Positions 11,091 to 23,416 of a stretch of DNA of 64,000 bases are shown here, piece after piece. The DNA comes from Leptogorgia sarmentosa (taxonomy: Eukaryota), in contig OZ210885.1 in NCBI GenBank assembly GCA_964658305.1, positions 22,320,001 to 22,384,000 of the forward strand. Reading direction: 5' to 3'. The translations under genes and the position numbers were made by a program. How positions within the stretch are numbered: the first letter of the stretch is position 1; every line of letters starts with the position of its first letter. Below the pieces are notes generated by a model. It had not been told where the DNA came from, did no database searches, and saw nothing but the letters and a program-made list of their open reading frames with translations.

Positions 11091-13130
11091 CAATATATTT
11101 TTCAAACAATATATTTTTGTGTTAGACAGGCCCTAAGAACTCCACCCTTTATCAGTTGTTATGTTCAATTTGACAAGTTCTTTGTGCTAAAACAAATATA
11201 TCTTCATATTAAGTTGAAAAACTCTTTAATAGACATTTTTTCTTTAGATTTGATTGTCCACATATGTGGACAACAGGTGTATTTTTGAAGCACTGAGACC
11301 AAAAGTCCACATATGGGGACATAGAATTTTTTTGTGTTCCGCATGACTTTCCATAAAATTCCATATGCAGTTATTCATGTCACCCTTAGTTCTGCATACA
11401 GTTTAAGTTTCATGAAATTTGCAGAAAAAAAATTTGTGCTGGGACTGAGGAGGATATACGCTTGCTTGTTTGCGACGTGACGTCAAAACACATTCCTAAC
11501 AAATGAGTCATCCGCTGCACAAACAAGCTACCAACAATCAATATGGTTATGCACTGCTAATGACACATCATATAATAATGTTATTATAAATCATATAATG
11601 ATGAACCATATAATGGTTATTTTACACAATTGTTGACAGAATAATGAGTCACAACTCTAAACATTTTGACGAATCAAATAAGTTACAGTCCCAAATATTC
11701 CACTATTTTCGGCAAGTTGTCCTTTCGGCAAAATGTCTTTTCGGCGAAAAGTCCGTTCGTCAAATTGTCCGTTTGACAAAATGTCCGTCGGCAAACCGTC
11801 CATTCGGCAAACTGTCTTTCGGCAAAATGTCTTTCGGCAAAATGTCCAGGTACCGTCATGTCATTTCATTTTGACATTTACTGCTGTCTGTTTTATTTGC
11901 CCTACGATAAATTAAAGCATTACATAGTAAGATGGCGCAGAGATGGCTTCCAAATTATGCGGACTTTTCCCATTCACTGGGTAGGCTCATTGAAACGTGT
12001 GAAAGGCAAAGACCTTCGCAAAGAAGAGATGCCGCCGATTTCAATTTACGAAGAGTGGATGAGTATGAAAGGACTTTGTCCATCCTTCTTTCAAGACTCA
12101 ACGAAACGTACAGAGATATGCCTTTTGTCTTGAATTCCTTTTATCATATTCGTTTGTTGGGTTTTTGCTTGAGTGAGATACGTGAAGAATTAGAGTCCCT
12201 TTCTAATGTTCAAGAAAGCGACGAATACAACGAACCAGGTCATGAACATCTCAATTTTCACCCAGATGACAGGGGATGTACCTACCCAATATGAATAAGT
12301 TTTGGGACTGGCTTTCTGAAACAAAATGGATCTGTTTTCATGATTCATTATTTTTAGAACTGATTTCTGCAGTTTACTAAGCAAACCATTCACAACGCTT
12401 CAAATATGATATAGGTAGCTAACGACGAAAACCATCTGCCAAATGCACCCGGCCGCCCTGGAATACAAATCACCCAAGCCCAACCTGAAGCTCTACACAA
12501 TGGTGCTGGGTTTCGATGGAACGATATTGCTCGCATATTGCAAATATCAAGCAGAACACTTCAGTGTCGTAGACATGAACTTGGCATGCCAGTAAATGGA
12601 AGAGAATTCGCTGACTTGAAGAATGTCCAACTAGATGGGATCATTCGAGAAGGGCTGGGAGTTACTCCTTCAGCAGGATTGAGACTAGTGCAAGGCTCTT
12701 TACACAGAAGAGGAGTTCATGTGCAAAGGACAAGGGTTCTTCAGTCTTTGCGAAGAGTGGACCCTGTTAGCTCAACATTAAGAAATGCTTGACAAATCAT
12801 ACGTCGGAAGTATGTGTCTTCTCCAAACTCATTATGGCAAGTATTTGTAATCCATCTTTGTATTGTTACGTGCCAAGCTCAGAAAAACACCAACTTTTAA
12901 AAAGAACTTGTATTTGTCGGCAAACTATCTTAACTCTCTAAAAACAGTTATCCCACGCCTTTTATATGCCCGTAACACAATAGGATTACTTAATATGCAT
13001 GCTTTGTTCCAGTCACGGATAACTGCACACTATACATAACACACTCCCCCCCTCAAGCTCAAACTGTCCCGGTTTGATTATTTCCGTATATGCATTCAAA
13101 TATCCAAGTATTTTCATTAATGTTTATTCA

Positions 13131-16100
13131 TTAGAGTCGCCCCATCATCATCTTTGCGGGTGTAATTCCAGTTGATTCGTGGGTAAATGTGCGATACGCC
13201 ATAAGCAAAAGAGGTATATGCTCATCCCAGTCTCTTTGGTTTTCATTAACAAAAATTGCTAGCTGATGTTCCAATGTTCGATTGTACCGTTCCACCATGC
13301 CATCAGATTGAGGATGTAACGGAGTGGTTCTTGTTTTCTTTATTCCGAGTAGTTTACACATTTCAGCGAACACCTGAGACTCAAAGTTCCTCCCTTGATC
13401 TGAATGTAATTCGGCAGGTGCCCCGAACCGACAAACGAATTGATCAACCAACACTTTCGCCACCGTCTCTGCCTCTTGATTAGGCAGTGGGTACGCCTCT
13501 GGCCACTTTGTGAAGTAGTCCATTGCTATGAGGATATATTTGTTACCACTGTCGGAAACGGGTAGTGGTCCCAACATGTCTACTGCCACTCTTTCCATGG
13601 GCAGTCCGACCACGTATGTTGTCAACGGTGCTTTTATTTTTCTCGTTGGACCTTTTCTCGCCGCACACATGTCACATTGAGCACACCAAGTCTGGACATC
13701 ATTCTGCAACTTTGCCAGTAGAATTTCTCCTTTATCTTTCCTACGGTCTTATTAATGCCAAAGTGTCCCCCCGTCTTGGAACCATGTAGGAAATCAAAGA
13801 TTTGTTTTCGGAGAGCTTTAGGAACCAGTGTTTGCAAAGTTTCTTGAGTACCGCCAGGATTTTCCCATACTCGACACAGAACACCATCCACTAAACGCAA
13901 ACTGTCCCACTGTGCCCATAGCGTCTTCATTTCCTCCCCAAAAGGCGCAATTGCCGTCCAACCGGGTTTCGTTCCGTCTCTTCCCAATGCGTTGATCAAT
14001 GTAGCTAAGGCAACGTCTTCAACTTGCTTTCTTGTCCAATCTGCGCAATCCATAGGGGTTATTTCTATGTCTATCGCTGACTCACAACATGTGTCGACTT
14101 GATCGTTGAGGGAGCTCGTTACTCTTCCTACTGTTTCTAACTGGACTTTCTTTTCATAACGTGCGCAATGTTTGCAGCTGACGTCACAGCATGGGCGTCT
14201 GGACAACGCATCCGCGTTCCTGTGGCTAACCCCAGATCGGTGTTCGACTTCAAAATCATAAACTTGAAGTTTCTCCAGCCATCGAGCTACTTGTCCTTGC
14301 GGCTCGCGAAGTTCATCAGCCACTGCAATGCCGAATGATCGGTTCGTATTCTAAATTTCTGCCCGTAAAGGTAATAGTTAAAATGTTCAATAGCTTTGAC
14401 CACTGCTAAAAGCTCCTTCCTCGTCACGCAATAATTCCTCTCTGCCCGTGTCAGGGTGCGGCTGAAATAAGCGATGACTTTTTCCGTGCTTTCTTGCATC
14501 TGAGATAAAACAGCACCAATCGCGCAGTCAGAAGCATCTGTATCCAAACGGAACTCTCCGTCCAAATTTGGGAAGGCCAGGATTGGCGTTGACGTTAACA
14601 ATTGCTTTAACTTTTCGAACGATTTTTGACTTTTTTCCGTCCAAGCGAATTCACAATTCTTCTCAGTCAACTGGTGTAAGGGCCGGGCAACGTCTGCAAA
14701 ATGAGAGACAAATTTTCGATAATACGTGCATAGTCCGAGGAAACTTCTCAGCTCGGTTTTATTCTTCGGTTCTGGCCAAGTAGAAACAGCATCCGTTTTC
14801 TCAGGGTCAACTGCAACCCCTGCCTCACTCACAATATGCCCAAGATAACGGACTTTTTTCTGGAAGAGACTACATTTCCTTGCGTTCAACTTCAATCCAG
14901 CCTGCCTTAGTCGTTGAAAAACAATGCGCAGGTTTGAAAATTTGTCGTCCAATGTTTTGGCATGCACGATGACATCATCCAAGTATACCAGGCAAACCGT
15001 CCATGACAAGCCTTGGAGCACGCGTTCCATAAGACACTCAAAGGTCGCTGGAGCGTTCGACAGACCGAAAGGCATCACAGTGAACTGCCACAACCCTTTA
15101 CCAGCCGTAAACGCAGTTTTTTCTTTGTCACCCTCTTCCACTTTCACCTGCCAATACCCGCTTTTAAGGTCCAGTGTGGAAAACCAGCTCGAACCACCAA
15201 TCGCATCTAATGTCGTGTCAACTCGTGGAAGGGGATAAGAATCACGTTTGGTGACTTTGTTTAACCTTTGGTAGTCAACGCAGAATCTCTTGCTGCCATG
15301 TTTCTTCCAGACCAGTACTACTGGCGATGTCCACAGGCTCTGTGAAGGTTCTATTACACCTTGTTGCTGCATTTCTTCAATCAACTTGGATGCTTCTTCT
15401 CTCTGTTTTATTGGCAATCGTCTTGGTTGTTGCCTGATGGGTGTCGCTTTCCCAACCTCAATTTTGTGCGTTGTCAGGTCTGTACAGCCTAAATCGTTTG
15501 GTCCTTTGGCAAGTACGTCTTCGAATTCAGTTAACAATCTACCCAACTCAGGTTCATGTTCCTATCCAATCAGGGCCTTACTTCGAGAATACAAATCTTT
15601 CAAATGTTCCGGTATTTGCCTGTTCGTTGGCTTAACGTTAAAGACGTTCGTAGTCGGTTGTTTATCCATGTTTCTGACACACGTAGCTGGCTGACACATA
15701 GCTATCCTTGTTCCCTTCTTTAACGAAACATACCCGTTAGTTAAGTTCATTACCCTTACCGGCAGGTTATCCGTTGATAGGTCAACTAATGTTCTCGCAA
15801 TGAGTAGTTTGCTGTTCGATGGGTTCTATGACTACCCACGTACTTTTGTCATCAAGTCCGTCTATCTTTCCAGGAACAATGGCTTCGCTCATCGCCGGTA
15901 TCGCAACTGTTCTTCGAACAACAATTCGAGAGGAACCATTCTGTGGCTGTATTTGACTAAACAAAGGAACTTCGTCATTTCCTACGTACAGCAGTTTTTC
16001 TGCCAAATTTACTTGACAATTGTTAGTCATTAAATAATCAAGTCCGATTATTCCCTCCTCGACAATGTCTGCTATCCACACATCGTGCTCTGTTTCATTG

Positions 16101-16402
16101 TCGCCAACAGTTACCTTTAACAACCCGCGTCCTTTCACAGGGGCTGTTTCACCAGTTACTGTCCGCAATACAGTTTTCGTTGGCACAATCTTTGCGGGCT
16201 GTAGCAATTCCACAATATCAGGATGAATGATGGTAATATTTGATCCAGTGTCTACTACACATTTACACCAGCGTCCTTCCACCTTAGCATCTACGACCAG
16301 AGTTTCCCCAACAGAGGCAGTTTTCACCACAAAATCTGGAGCATTTTTAATTTCCTCTTTAGCTGCTCTCCGCTCCCCAAAAGCAGCTACTTGGCGTTTC
16401 CC
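13131..16402 (-). pseudogene. pol: Gypsy Pol (protease, RT, RNase H, integrase), frameshifted, integrase C-terminus deleted
   Basis: VVDTGS (PR); LDLKSGYWQ and YLDD (RT); DTDASD (RH); GGHFG..CDMC, HSDQGRNFES and GMVER (IN). Split across several ORFs. Confidence 0.95.
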
Positions 16403-17838
16403 GAATTTCCGTTTGTCGACGACAACTCACTTGTTTCTCCACCAGCAGACGATCGGTCATGTCTAGGTACCTCCTCCTTGGCATTTTGTTTTCTTGGGGG
16501 ACTCCGTCTTGGGCAGTCCTTACGAAAATGACCTTCAGCCCCACACTTCCAGCACTCTGAGCCACGGGGTTCTCTACCTTTAGTTGACCTCGGCCTCCCA
16601 CGGTCTCTCATCAGGGCTTCCAACCTTTCCATGGATTGTGCAATCTGTTTACTGGCTGCTTCCATTCTGCTGGCGACATCCGTGGGACTTGAAGCTGAAC
16701 CGTGCTGTTTAGGCTCAACTTGTACCTTTGCTTTCCGAGAAATTCTTACTCTGTGTTGACGATTGGTTAAATGAAACGACTCCAACTCTAACGCCAATTC
16801 TAACGCCTTCTGTAAAGTTGGCGGTCTTTCTTGTCGGAGACGCAGGCGCATGTCATCATCGGGTAATGAATCAACAAATTGGTCCCTAGCCAACGTCTCA
16901 ATTATGGGCGCCGGTGCGTCCGTGTACGCCAATCGGGCAAGCCTTTCGATGTCTTCGGCCAGAGCGGGTAGTTCCTCATCACGTTGTCTTACACGATTTC
17001 TAAATCTAACTTTCGAAATCTCCGTCCGGTGCGACGTGCCAAATCGACTTGATAAAGCCCCAACTAACGCTTGGACGTTTTGTCTCCGGTCGCTTGACAA
17101 ATTCACCAAAACTTGCAACGCTGTTCCTTTTAGACTAGTGGCAAGAAATGCTGCTTTCTCCATATCATTCCACCTGTTCATGTTCGCAATTATGCAAAAT
17201 TGAGCATAATACGCCTCCCATGAGGATTGGCCGTCATACATATTTGGTTTACGAATTAGGTTGGCATCTCTTGTCGTTGACGCATTTCGTACTGTTAAAC
17301 CTTCTGACCATACGCCTCCTGTCCAAGCTTTGCCAGCTCTCTGCGTAGGCATGGGGGTTGACATTCTCTCTTCCGGCGCAGTTTGATGAGTTGTTCTGTC
17401 TTCGGTTGACCGTGGGGCCAAAAGTACTCTGGAACTAGCCACTTCCAACCCCAAGCGTTCGACTTTTCCGGCCAGTTCCTGTGTTTGATATTCCAATTGT
17501 CGTACGTATTCTCTGACTTTTGCATCGACTACCTGTAATTCTTTCGTGAGCGATTCTTCCACGCGAGTCGTTAGTTCCGCATAAGCAATCTGTGCTTTGC
17601 CTTCATTTGCATCCCAAACTTTACCTCGCTTTTCAATTAAGTCGATCCTTTCTACCAAAGCAACAACATTGTCGTTTAAACCCTTAACATTAGTTACGAT
17701 TCGTTCTTGCCTGTCTTCGATTTTTCCAATTCTTTCCTCATACTGGTTTATTACTTGATTGAACCGCTCTGTTTGCTGTATGTGTAAGTTGTTTTGATCG
17801 CTAATCGTTCGCAACTGATGTTCAATTAATTCGTCCAA
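16387..17838 (-). CDS. gag: Gypsy Gag with CCHC zinc knuckle
   Basis: Coiled-coil N-terminus, YDGQSSWEAY capsid-like motif and CWKCGAEGHFRKDC. Start codon uncertain. Confidence 0.88.
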   Translation of the reverse strand: MDELIEHQLRTISDQNNLHIQQTERFNQVINQYEERIGKIEDRQERIVTNVKGLNDNVVALVERIDLIEKRGKVWDANEGKAQIAYAELTTRVEESLTKELQVVDAKVREYVRQLEYQTQELAGKVERLGLEVASSRVLLAPRSTEDRTTHQTAPEERMSTPMPTQRAGKAWTGGVWSEGLTVRNASTTRDANLIRKPNMYDGQSSWEAYYAQFCIIANMNRWNDMEKAAFLATSLKGTALQVLVNLSSDRRQNVQALVGALSSRFGTSHRTEISKVRFRNRVRQRDEELPALAEDIERLARLAYTDAPAPIIETLARDQFVDSLPDDDMRLRLRQERPPTLQKALELALELESFHLTNRQHRVRISRKAKVQVEPKQHGSASSPTDVASRMEAASKQIAQSMERLEALMRDRGRPRSTKGREPRGSECWKCGAEGHFRKDCPRRSPPRKQNAKEEVPRHDRSSAGGETSELSSTNGNSGNAK

Positions 17839-19056
17839 AACACTGCCAGTCGGTCACTGTTCATCCGTATCATTCTCTTCGTCAACAAGATCCCTCCTCG
17901 TAGACCGAGTATTTATCTTGCCTTTTTAGGTATCCTGGCGGGGTCGCCAAAATGTTACGTGCCAAGCTCAGAAAAACACCAACTTTTAAAAAGAACTTGT
18001 ATTTGTCGGCAAACTATCTTAACTCTCTGAAAACAGTTATCCCACGCCTTTTATATGCCCGTAACACAATAGGATTACTTAATATGCATGCTTTGTTCCA
18101 GTCACGGATAACTGCACACTATACATAACAGTATCATAAAAAAAGGTTGATGGACACATTAGAAATTAATTTATCTTGACATTATTGCAAAAATAGTTTC
18201 AATTCCTTTGTGTGAATATCATTTTAGGCACATCAATGGTAATCATAAGTTGATCGAACCATACAGAATAGTCATATGTGGTGCAATTGATGGTTACTCT
18301 CGTTTGATTACATATCTGCAGGCATCAACCAACAATAGTACTGCAATGTTTTCAAACTGCTGTTGAGAAATATAACCTCCCATCTCGTGTACGGTGTGAC
18401 CTCGGTTTGGAAAATTTAGAGGTGGGAAGGTATATGCTTCAAAATAGGGGGATTAACAGAGGAAATGTTATAACTGGGACTTCTGTGCACAATCAACGCA
18501 TCGAAAGGCTTTGGCGTGATGTAAACAAGATTTTTCAACATTTTTCTCTACCTGGAAAGCAACAATGTGTTTGTGCCGTCAAATGAATTCCACTTATTTG
18601 TACTGCGAATGGTTTATGTTGATCAAGTGAATATAGTTTTAAGAGTTTTCTGATCAATGGAACAACCATCCAATTTCAACAGAGAGTAACTACTCCCCTC
18701 CTCCCACAACTATAGGTAGCTGGAATGGTATCTCAATGCATTCACCATCCACTGCTGTTCAGGATGTTATAAACCTGGCAAATTACGGTATAGATGAAAG
18801 TGGCCCGGTTCCACAGCAACAACAGAACTATGAAGTGTTTGTTCCACAGTCAGCAATTAGAGAGCTTACGCAGGCACGACTTCACTGGACGACGACGTCT
18901 TGATAACGTCATAATCGATGATGACATCCATCGCGCGACGTTTGAATTGATTGTTAAGCAAGTTACATGGACATCGTCAGTTTGACCAGAGAGTAAGAAT
19001 AATTATTCTTATATTAGACTTACTCTGTGGTTTGACAGTTCTGATTTTTTGTATAA

Positions 19057-20044
19057 ATGCCGAAATTACGAGTGGTTAGAGATTGTTTACTACTCTGTCA
19101 CAATGAAAAATATATTAATGACGAGGAGTTTCTTTACCTATATGACATAAACCAATTGAAAAATCCCGATTTGCCATATTGGACATATGATCGATTCGAC
19201 TTAGACAATTTAAACGACAGCGAATGTGAGGCAGAATTTCACTTCCTTAAAGGCGACATATACAATCTAAAAGAAATATTGGGTATTCCAGATGAAATAC
19301 AGTGTTACAACAGGCTCGTTGTTGATGGAATTGAAGCGCTGTGCATTCTTTTAAAGCGATTTGCATACCCTATTAGATATAATGATATGATACCTAGATT
19401 TGGAAGACCAGTACCACAGTTCAGTATCATTAGCAAACATATTATGGATCTGATATATGAAGAGCATGGTCATCGTCTCACACGTTTTGATCAACCACTA
19501 TTATCTCCTGCAAATCTTTCCAGATATGCTGAAATAATTTACCGAGCAGGTGCACCTTTGGTGAACTGCTGGGGTTGTTTTGTAGATGGAACTGTTACGC
19601 CAGTATGCAGACCTGGTAAACATCAGAGAATCTTGTATAATGGCCACAAAAGGGTTCATTCAATAAAGTTCCAATCAGTGGTAACTCCCAATGGCTTAAT
19701 TGCAAATTTATTTGGTCCCTATGAGGGAAAAAAGCATGACAGTGGCATGCTTAGAGAATCTGGCCTGCTCGCTAGTTTACAAGAACACAGCTTTTCATCT
19801 ACAGGAGATATCCTATGTATTTATGGTGACCCTGCTTACCCTCTTAGACCTCATCTCCACGCACCATTCAAGGAAGCAGCAGCTGGTAGACTTTAAAAAA
19901 AATCTAAAGATTAATTTAAGTGCAGTAGGAAAGATGTATGTTGTTTGCTTGTTGCTTACAAATGCTTGCAAATGCCTGTATGGCTCTGTAACTTCAAAGT
20001 ATTTTAATTTAGAACCTCCAACACTCAATGAATACTTTATATAA
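19057..20044 (+). pseudogene. Harbinger DDE transposase (C-terminal deletion/frameshift)
   Basis: FVDGT..YNGHKRVHSIKFQ..GKKHDSGML..YGDPAYP; the catalytic Glu region is lost near 19880. Confidence 0.9.
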
Positions 20045-20107
20045 CGTGAACTGTGCCTATTAAAGCTATGCAAGCTGGTAAAACATTTAAAAGTAGTAAG
20101 TTTGGTC

Positions 20108-20957
20108 CTAATGGTTTTTTTTATGAAAAACCACAACATGAAACGTTGAACCATTGCATAAACACACAAACGTTACTACTTCAATTAACTTTTTAAGTTT
20201 TTGAAGAAGAACTATTAGAAGTTGATTTTGTTGTTGCTGTTGTTGTGATTGACTTGCCATCATTTGCTGATGTTGAAGTGCCTGCTGCTGCATTTGCTGT
20301 TGCAGATACTGTTCCATAATACTCTTCTGAAAATCTGTGAACTGTTGTTGCTGCTGGTTCTGCAAAGTCATGTCCACTTCCCTTTTGTTTTCCATTGCTT
20401 TCTTTTTAATTTCTAGTTCAGCCTTTCGTAGCTTAAATTTCTTTTCAGATTTTTCTTGTAAATATACCAGTGTTTCCTCCTGTGGATCGTTTCCTCCTTG
20501 GCTTGGGTTCACTTTCTCCACTTTCAATTTGTCATTTTCTACTCTCTCCATAGCTTTCCATTGCCTTAACTCTCAGCTCTTCTGCTTGCTTTCGCTTGTT
20601 CTCTATCTTTTGATGTTTTTCGTAAGAATCCTTCTCAAATTGTTGGTCAGCATCATCAATCAACTCTATTATTGTATCAAGTGCTTCATCAATCTCTGAC
20701 TGTTCAGGAGAAATACCACTAGCTGATTCTTCATCTCTTGTTTTCTTCTTATGGCGTTCAACCAAAAGCTTCATTCTGTCTTGCACAGCCTTTTGGGTTA
20801 CACAGAAGCGCATTTGTTGAACTGCATTAAGCTCGTTTGCAATGCTTGTCCATGCACTTCCTCTTTCAACTGACTTTGGTCTGTGTTGGTACGGTAGTGC
20901 CACCAAAACCTCCTGGCATAACAAAATGTTGTGCTCCTCTGTCCATCTCATTGGCAC
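20108..20957 (-). pseudogene. Harbinger Myb/SANT-like DNA-binding protein with Q-rich tail (frameshift ~20545)
   Basis: MRWTEEHNILLCQEV..ERGSAWTSIA..ESASGI, continuing into coiled-coil/poly-Q ORF 20108-20551. Confidence 0.8.
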
Positions 20958-22039
20958 ACTAATTATAAAAATGTGGGGACAAATTTAAATATATAAATAA
21001 TGGAAAGCAGTCATACAAACACTAAAATTGATCATGATACTGTTAATCGTACTAATACAATCACCACCATTAATGCTCAAACCACTTTTATCAAAAGAAG
21101 ATAATATGCTACTGCCAGTTTATAAAAATGGGTTAATACATTCATGGGTGTTGTAATTAAATGTATGTGTGTTATGTGTGTGTCATGTGTGTGTCATTAT
21201 CTTATAATTTAGAGTTCGAAAATGAACAAACAGAAGAATCATGCTATTGAAGATTTTAGTATGTACTGATTTCAAAATACTTGCAATGGATAGGTTGCAA
21301 TGTAGAAGTTCATAAATATTACATAATAGAAATGACTATTGGTGCTTTAAAATAACTCACTCACTTCATGTGCAACCAAAGTCAGCAAGTCAGTCATGTT
21401 AAGCCTAAGGTGCATGTATAATAATTTGTGTTTATACTAAAGCACAAAACAACAAGCACTTGTATACGAGTATACGTGTCGTGGAGAAAATATACGGACA
21501 TTTCTTCGCACATCAACGGAAAACGTCTCGCAAATACCCACAATAGTAATTATTGTAATATGATACTTCTCTCGTTTTGACTTGGTTTCCATGTTTGCTT
21601 TTAACGACGCCTTCCAAAATGGCCTTTGGACGGTGTTGACTCGCGAAAGACGCCTTCCAGCCTGCCACGACGCAAGCTCTCTATTAACTTAAATGAACGT
21701 CAAGTGCATCAGATTAAAAGTCATATACAAACATTGGAAGATGACAATGGAATTACGCGGTATTTGGTGGCAGTGCAGATGGTAACCATAATGCTTCCAA
21801 GTGACCAGTAAACATAAATAATAGTAGTACTATACTGATCTTATAGCGTCAATCGGGTGTTGGTGCCTGGATATTGCGTGGAGAATATCGCGTTGCGTGG
21901 ATATTTTTTGCGTGTATTTTTCCCCCTTTATGATGTGTTTCCCTACCCCCTATTTTTTACGAATACCACACCCCCATTTTTTATGTTTTCCATACCCCCT
22001 TTTTTGTGTCAGGTGTAGCAGCCCACGGAGAAAAAACAA

Positions 22040-22112
22040 TCCCTCAGACTGGATTCGAACCAGTAACCCCCGGAGCTACAATCCGATGCTCTACCAATTG
22101 AGCTAACGAGGG
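22040..22112 (-). tRNA. Intronless tRNA-Tyr(GTA)-like gene in the left Polinton TIR
   Basis: CCCTCGT TA GCTC AATTGGTA GAGC A TCGGA TTGTAGC TCCGG GGGTT ACTGG TTCGAAT CCAGT CTGAGGG A folds as a cloverleaf with A/B boxes and is followed by a T6 Pol III terminator. One acceptor-stem mismatch. Confidence 0.75.
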
Positions 22113-22199
22113 TATATATTAGTGTACGATCAAATGTTTGTATAATTAATGAATAATGAAGTTTGTTTTTTCATAAAAAAGTTTTATTTACATAACCGT

Positions 22200-22769
22200 T
22201 TTTGTATTTACAATAGATTTGGATAGTTTTTCGTACAGAATGTTAGTATTTTGGCATCCAATATTTTGTGAACCAATGTAAATATGCTTCAACTTCGACG
22301 CGTGGACAATGTTTGTAAGAATCCGTTCCATTCTTTAACAATAAATGCTGTCCACAACATTCCAACCATGGCATTTCAGGAAAAATATCTACAGCTTTCG
22401 GACAACCAAAAAGTTCCAGGTTTATTGACGGTATGTTTAAGCATGCAAGTAAATTTTTTTCAATAAATCCTCCCTTGTAAGCGATTGTACTGTCCTGATT
22501 TATTCGGTAAGCGGCGTAAAATCTTTGAACAATAATGTACCCTGATTCATTGCGTTTTTGTCAATTAACGATAGTCCGTGAATGTGTCCTGGTAGGAATT
22601 TAACTTGAATTCTGTCCTTTTCATTTAGTTTTTCATAGCATAGTGCTGTATTAAAGTGGAACGATGTTCCGTACGTATCTCCATGTGTAATAATTCCAAG
22701 TTCTCGACAGAAAAAGGTTTTTTGCACAAAAAAACCATCCAAATCTATTATTCCAACGATATTGCTCAT
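22200..22769 (-). pseudogene. Polinton DEDD-type exonuclease-like protein (frameshifted)
   Basis: GIIDLDGF..FFCRELG..HIHGL, continuing out of frame as IAYKGGFIEK..NLELFGCPK..CCGQH..HCPRVEV. Confidence 0.55.
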
Positions 22770-23416
22770 TTACGAGTGATTATTTTTGCGGGCGTGCGTT
22801 CTTAAATACATAATATCCCGAGGTTATTATTCCCGAGGTTATTCCTGTGGTTATCATTCCCGAGGTTATTCCTGCGGTTATCATTTTCGAGGTTATTCCT
22901 GCGGTTATCTTTCATGAGGTTATTCCTGTGGTTATTATTCCCGAGGTTATTTCTGTGTTTTTTCCGGGGGTTTGTTGAGTTAAAAGTCGGACACTGTGTA
23001 GTTTTATTTCATTTCACGCAATGGATTTTTCGCGTTGTGTTGTTATATATACGCGGGAGTATGTATGAGAAGAAAATATATTACCATATTTGTTCAAAAA
23101 AAGAGAGAAATACAACTGGATCGTGAACAAATCGATGGACTTGCAAAAGTCGCCTAATGATAAAGTCGACATTTTTATATTTGGTGGTATGGAGATAAGG
23201 AATTTTCCGCGACACCCCTACGTTCACACCTTAAAAGAATAAAACAGAAAGCCATGGGTGATGCTAGAAAGGTCGTGGGCGATTCTAAAAAATGTGCGGA
23301 ATGCTTTAAGATTTCAAGAAATATGGTAACGAAGTGCATCGTTGAATCGTTGATGTTATTAGCAGGGACACACGAGCGGGGGGGTTAGTTATATTAGTAA
23401 GGAATTATCGGGGTAT

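Larger units (their letters stand above)
6613..11454 (+). mobile_element. Internally deleted piggyBac-like element nested in the MULE
   Basis: Short inverted ends tcttcctcagtcc (6613) / ggactgaggagga (11454); recurring subterminal palindrome gtccacatatgtggac; piggyBac transposase N-terminal fragment. TSD not resolved. Confidence 0.7.
4705..11854 (-). mobile_element. MULE/Mutator DNA transposon with long TIRs built from 15-bp tandem repeats
   Basis: Inverted termini ~4705-4960 and ~11595-11854; 8-bp TSD gtcatgtc at 4697-4704 and 11855-11862; internal FLYWCH-MULE transposase. Confidence 0.93.
12864..18130 (-). mobile_element. Ty3/Gypsy LTR retrotransposon
   Basis: 178-bp TG..CA LTRs at 12864-13041 and 17953-18130 (one mismatch noticed); 4-bp TSD gtat; PBS TGGCGACCCCGCCAGGAT (17932-17949, tRNA-Arg-like); PPT at 13042-13056; order gag-PR-RT-RH-IN. 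Confidence 0.97.
18859..21682 (+). mobile_element. PIF/Harbinger DNA transposon 1
   Basis: TIR agagagctt(a/g)cg; 3-bp TSD att (18856-18858, 21683-21685); convergent transposase and Myb/SANT genes. Confidence 0.92.
11932..21811 (+). pseudogene. IS3EU-type (integrase-like DDE) transposase, spliced and split by Gypsy and Harbinger insertions
   Basis: Pieces 11932-12836, 18228-18858 and 21686-21811 join to [49 protein letters not shown], homologous to ORF 55164-56495. Multiple frameshifts and stops. Confidence 0.85.

Noticed and set aside
21897..22106. ORFs within the Polinton TIRs (also 51238-51557)
   Set aside because: Low-complexity translations of TIR and tRNA-like sequence.
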